Shown here: one piece after another, positions 62,882 through 64,000 of the stretch
Numbering within the stretch: the first letter of the stretch is position 1
Layout: each line of letters begins with the position of its first letter
Assembly (NCBI GenBank): GCA_038207335.1
Contig: JBBQZX010000005.1
Coordinates: 96,001 to 160,000 of the forward strand
Direction of reading: 5' to 3'
From: Chthoniobacterales bacterium
Lineage (GTDB): Bacteria; Verrucomicrobiota; Verrucomicrobiia; Chthoniobacterales; Chthoniobacteraceae
Length of the DNA stretch: 64,000 bases
Program-made: the position numbers and the translations under genes
Notes under the pieces: model-generated
What the model saw: the letters and a program-made list of their open reading frames with translations, nothing else
The model's database searches: none
Told to the model about the DNA's origin: nothing

Positions 62882-62940
62882 TCACTCCCACTCAAGAAAC
62901 ACGCTTTCCAGCGCCATCGGGAGCCGACATCCTTCCCGTC

Positions 62941-63561
62941 ATGAAACCCCGTCCCCTCGCTCTCACGCTGATTTTCACATTCGCCGCCGCGCTCGCGTGC
63001 ACGGCCGAAGAGCCAAAGCTCGAGCCGCTTTTCAACGGCAAAGACCTCTCCGCTTTCAAGGCCGAAGACTCAAAGGCATTCTGGCGCGCAGAGGATGGCA
63101 TCCTTGTCGGCGAAAACGACGCTGCGAAAAAGGGCAACTACCTCTGGACCCAGAAGTCGTATGGCGACTTCGTCATCGAGTTCGATGTCCGCTGGAAAGG
63201 AACGCCGCCGCGTGGAGTTGATACCGGCATCGAGATGCGGAAGCCGAATATCCAGCTCCAACTCGGCATCTCCGGGAGCTTGAAGGTCGATATGTCCGGC
63301 TCCTTTTACACCGGCGGGAAAGTCGGGTATCCCGAAGCTGGCCAAGCCAAGGAAGCAAAGACCCTGATGAAGCCCGAAGGCGAGTGGAACCACTTCCGCA
63401 TCCAGGCCAAAGGCGACACATTCACCTGCTTGATCAATGGCCAAAAAGCCTCGGAATACACTGACTCGAAATTCTCCGGTCCCGCACCTCTCGGCTTCCA
63501 GATTCATCCCGGCGTCGAGATGAAGTGCGAGTATCGCGATATTAAAATAGTGGAGCTTTAA
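62941..63561 (+). CDS. DUF1080 (3-keto-disaccharide hydrolase-like) protein
   Basis: 'LFNGKDL', 'YGDF', 'GEWN..RI', 'G.Q.H', 'YRDI'. Confidence 0.9.
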   Translation: MKPRPLALTLIFTFAAALACTAEEPKLEPLFNGKDLSAFKAEDSKAFWRAEDGILVGENDAAKKGNYLWTQKSYGDFVIEFDVRWKGTPPRGVDTGIEMRKPNIQLQLGISGSLKVDMSGSFYTGGKVGYPEAGQAKEAKTLMKPEGEWNHFRIQAKGDTFTCLINGQKASEYTDSKFSGPAPLGFQIHPGVEMKCEYRDIKIVEL

Positions 63562-63570
63562 GCGGCCCGT

Positions 63571-64000
63571 TTAAAGCAGCTCGACCGCTCCCTGTGGCCG
63601 CTTCGCGAAAGCGTGCATCTGCCTTCCGCCGCTCGTGATGTGGCGGATGACGAGCCGTTCAGCGCTCATTTCCAAATGAGTGAAGCCGTGGACATTCCGC
63701 GCAAATCGACCGTGTGCGGCTGACTTCTTCACGTCGTTGGTGCGCAGCGTCGTCCCACCGCCACCGCTCACGACAAACGAAGTCGGGTGATTTTCAAACT
63801 CCAAGTGCTCGAGGTCGTGGATGTGCCCGCAGAAGTAGAGATGCGCGGCGTGCTCGCGAAAAAGAGCGTCCCACTCCGCGATGAGCGCCGGGTTGTCCCC
63901 GGCATTCGAGTAGAGCGGGTGATGTCCGCAGACGACGAGAAACGGCGCTGTGCGCGGCTTCGCGAGTTCCGCCTTCAGCCATTGCGCCTGCGCCGCGCGT
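63571..64000 (-). CDS. Purple acid phosphatase-like metallophosphoesterase (5' end lies outside the window)
   Basis: Frame is open to the window edge: 'QWLKAEL', 'GHHPLYS', 'YFCGHIHDL', 'VSGGGG'. Confidence 0.85.
   Translation of the reverse strand, partial: RAAQAQWLKAELAKPRTAPFLVVCGHHPLYSNAGDNPALIAEWDALFREHAAHLYFCGHIHDLEHLEFENHPTSFVVSGGGGTTLRTNDVKKSAAHGRFARNVHGFTHLEMSAERLVIRHITSGGRQMHAFAKRPQGAVELL

Overview
GC-rich bacterial chromosomal segment. Gene content suggests the PVC superphylum, probably Verrucomicrobiota (Spartobacteria/Chthoniobacter-like); this is an inference from the DUF1549/DUF1553 and cytochrome-c/WD40 proteins, the prepilin with a C-terminal DGH motif, DUF1080 and the exosortase/EpsI pair. 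It holds about 54 CDS and one tRNA-Ser(GGA). Core genes: glgE, GH57, tal, gnd, glpKD, pgsA, ftsH, ABC-F, polar amino-acid ABC transporter, NupC, and a CHASE3 kinase/response regulator/hybrid kinase cluster. There is a phosphate-starvation locus (plcP-like gene, pstSCAB1B2, phoU) next to an EPS/exosortase locus. I saw no integrase, transposase, prophage or CRISPR. Most notable observations: (1) PhoU fused to an apparently dead ArsC/LMW-PTP domain; (2) two PstB subunits with complementary degenerate motifs, implying one live and one dead ATP site; (3) 11-bp-phased GTGAC repeats upstream of both plcP and phoU; (4) a signal-less trypsin-like protease followed by a free-standing copy of its own N-terminal domain; (5) a 9 x 21-bp phased array with inverted copies between gnd and the ABC-F gene; (6) a GalT homologue lacking its nucleophilic His; (7) a TerB-like/FHA-like/ABCG fusion; (8) possible decayed attC sites around an orphan gene; (9) several REP-like palindrome families; (10) kilobase-scale G/C strand-skew domains that ignore gene orientation. 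All family calls come from motif recognition by eye, not from database searches.
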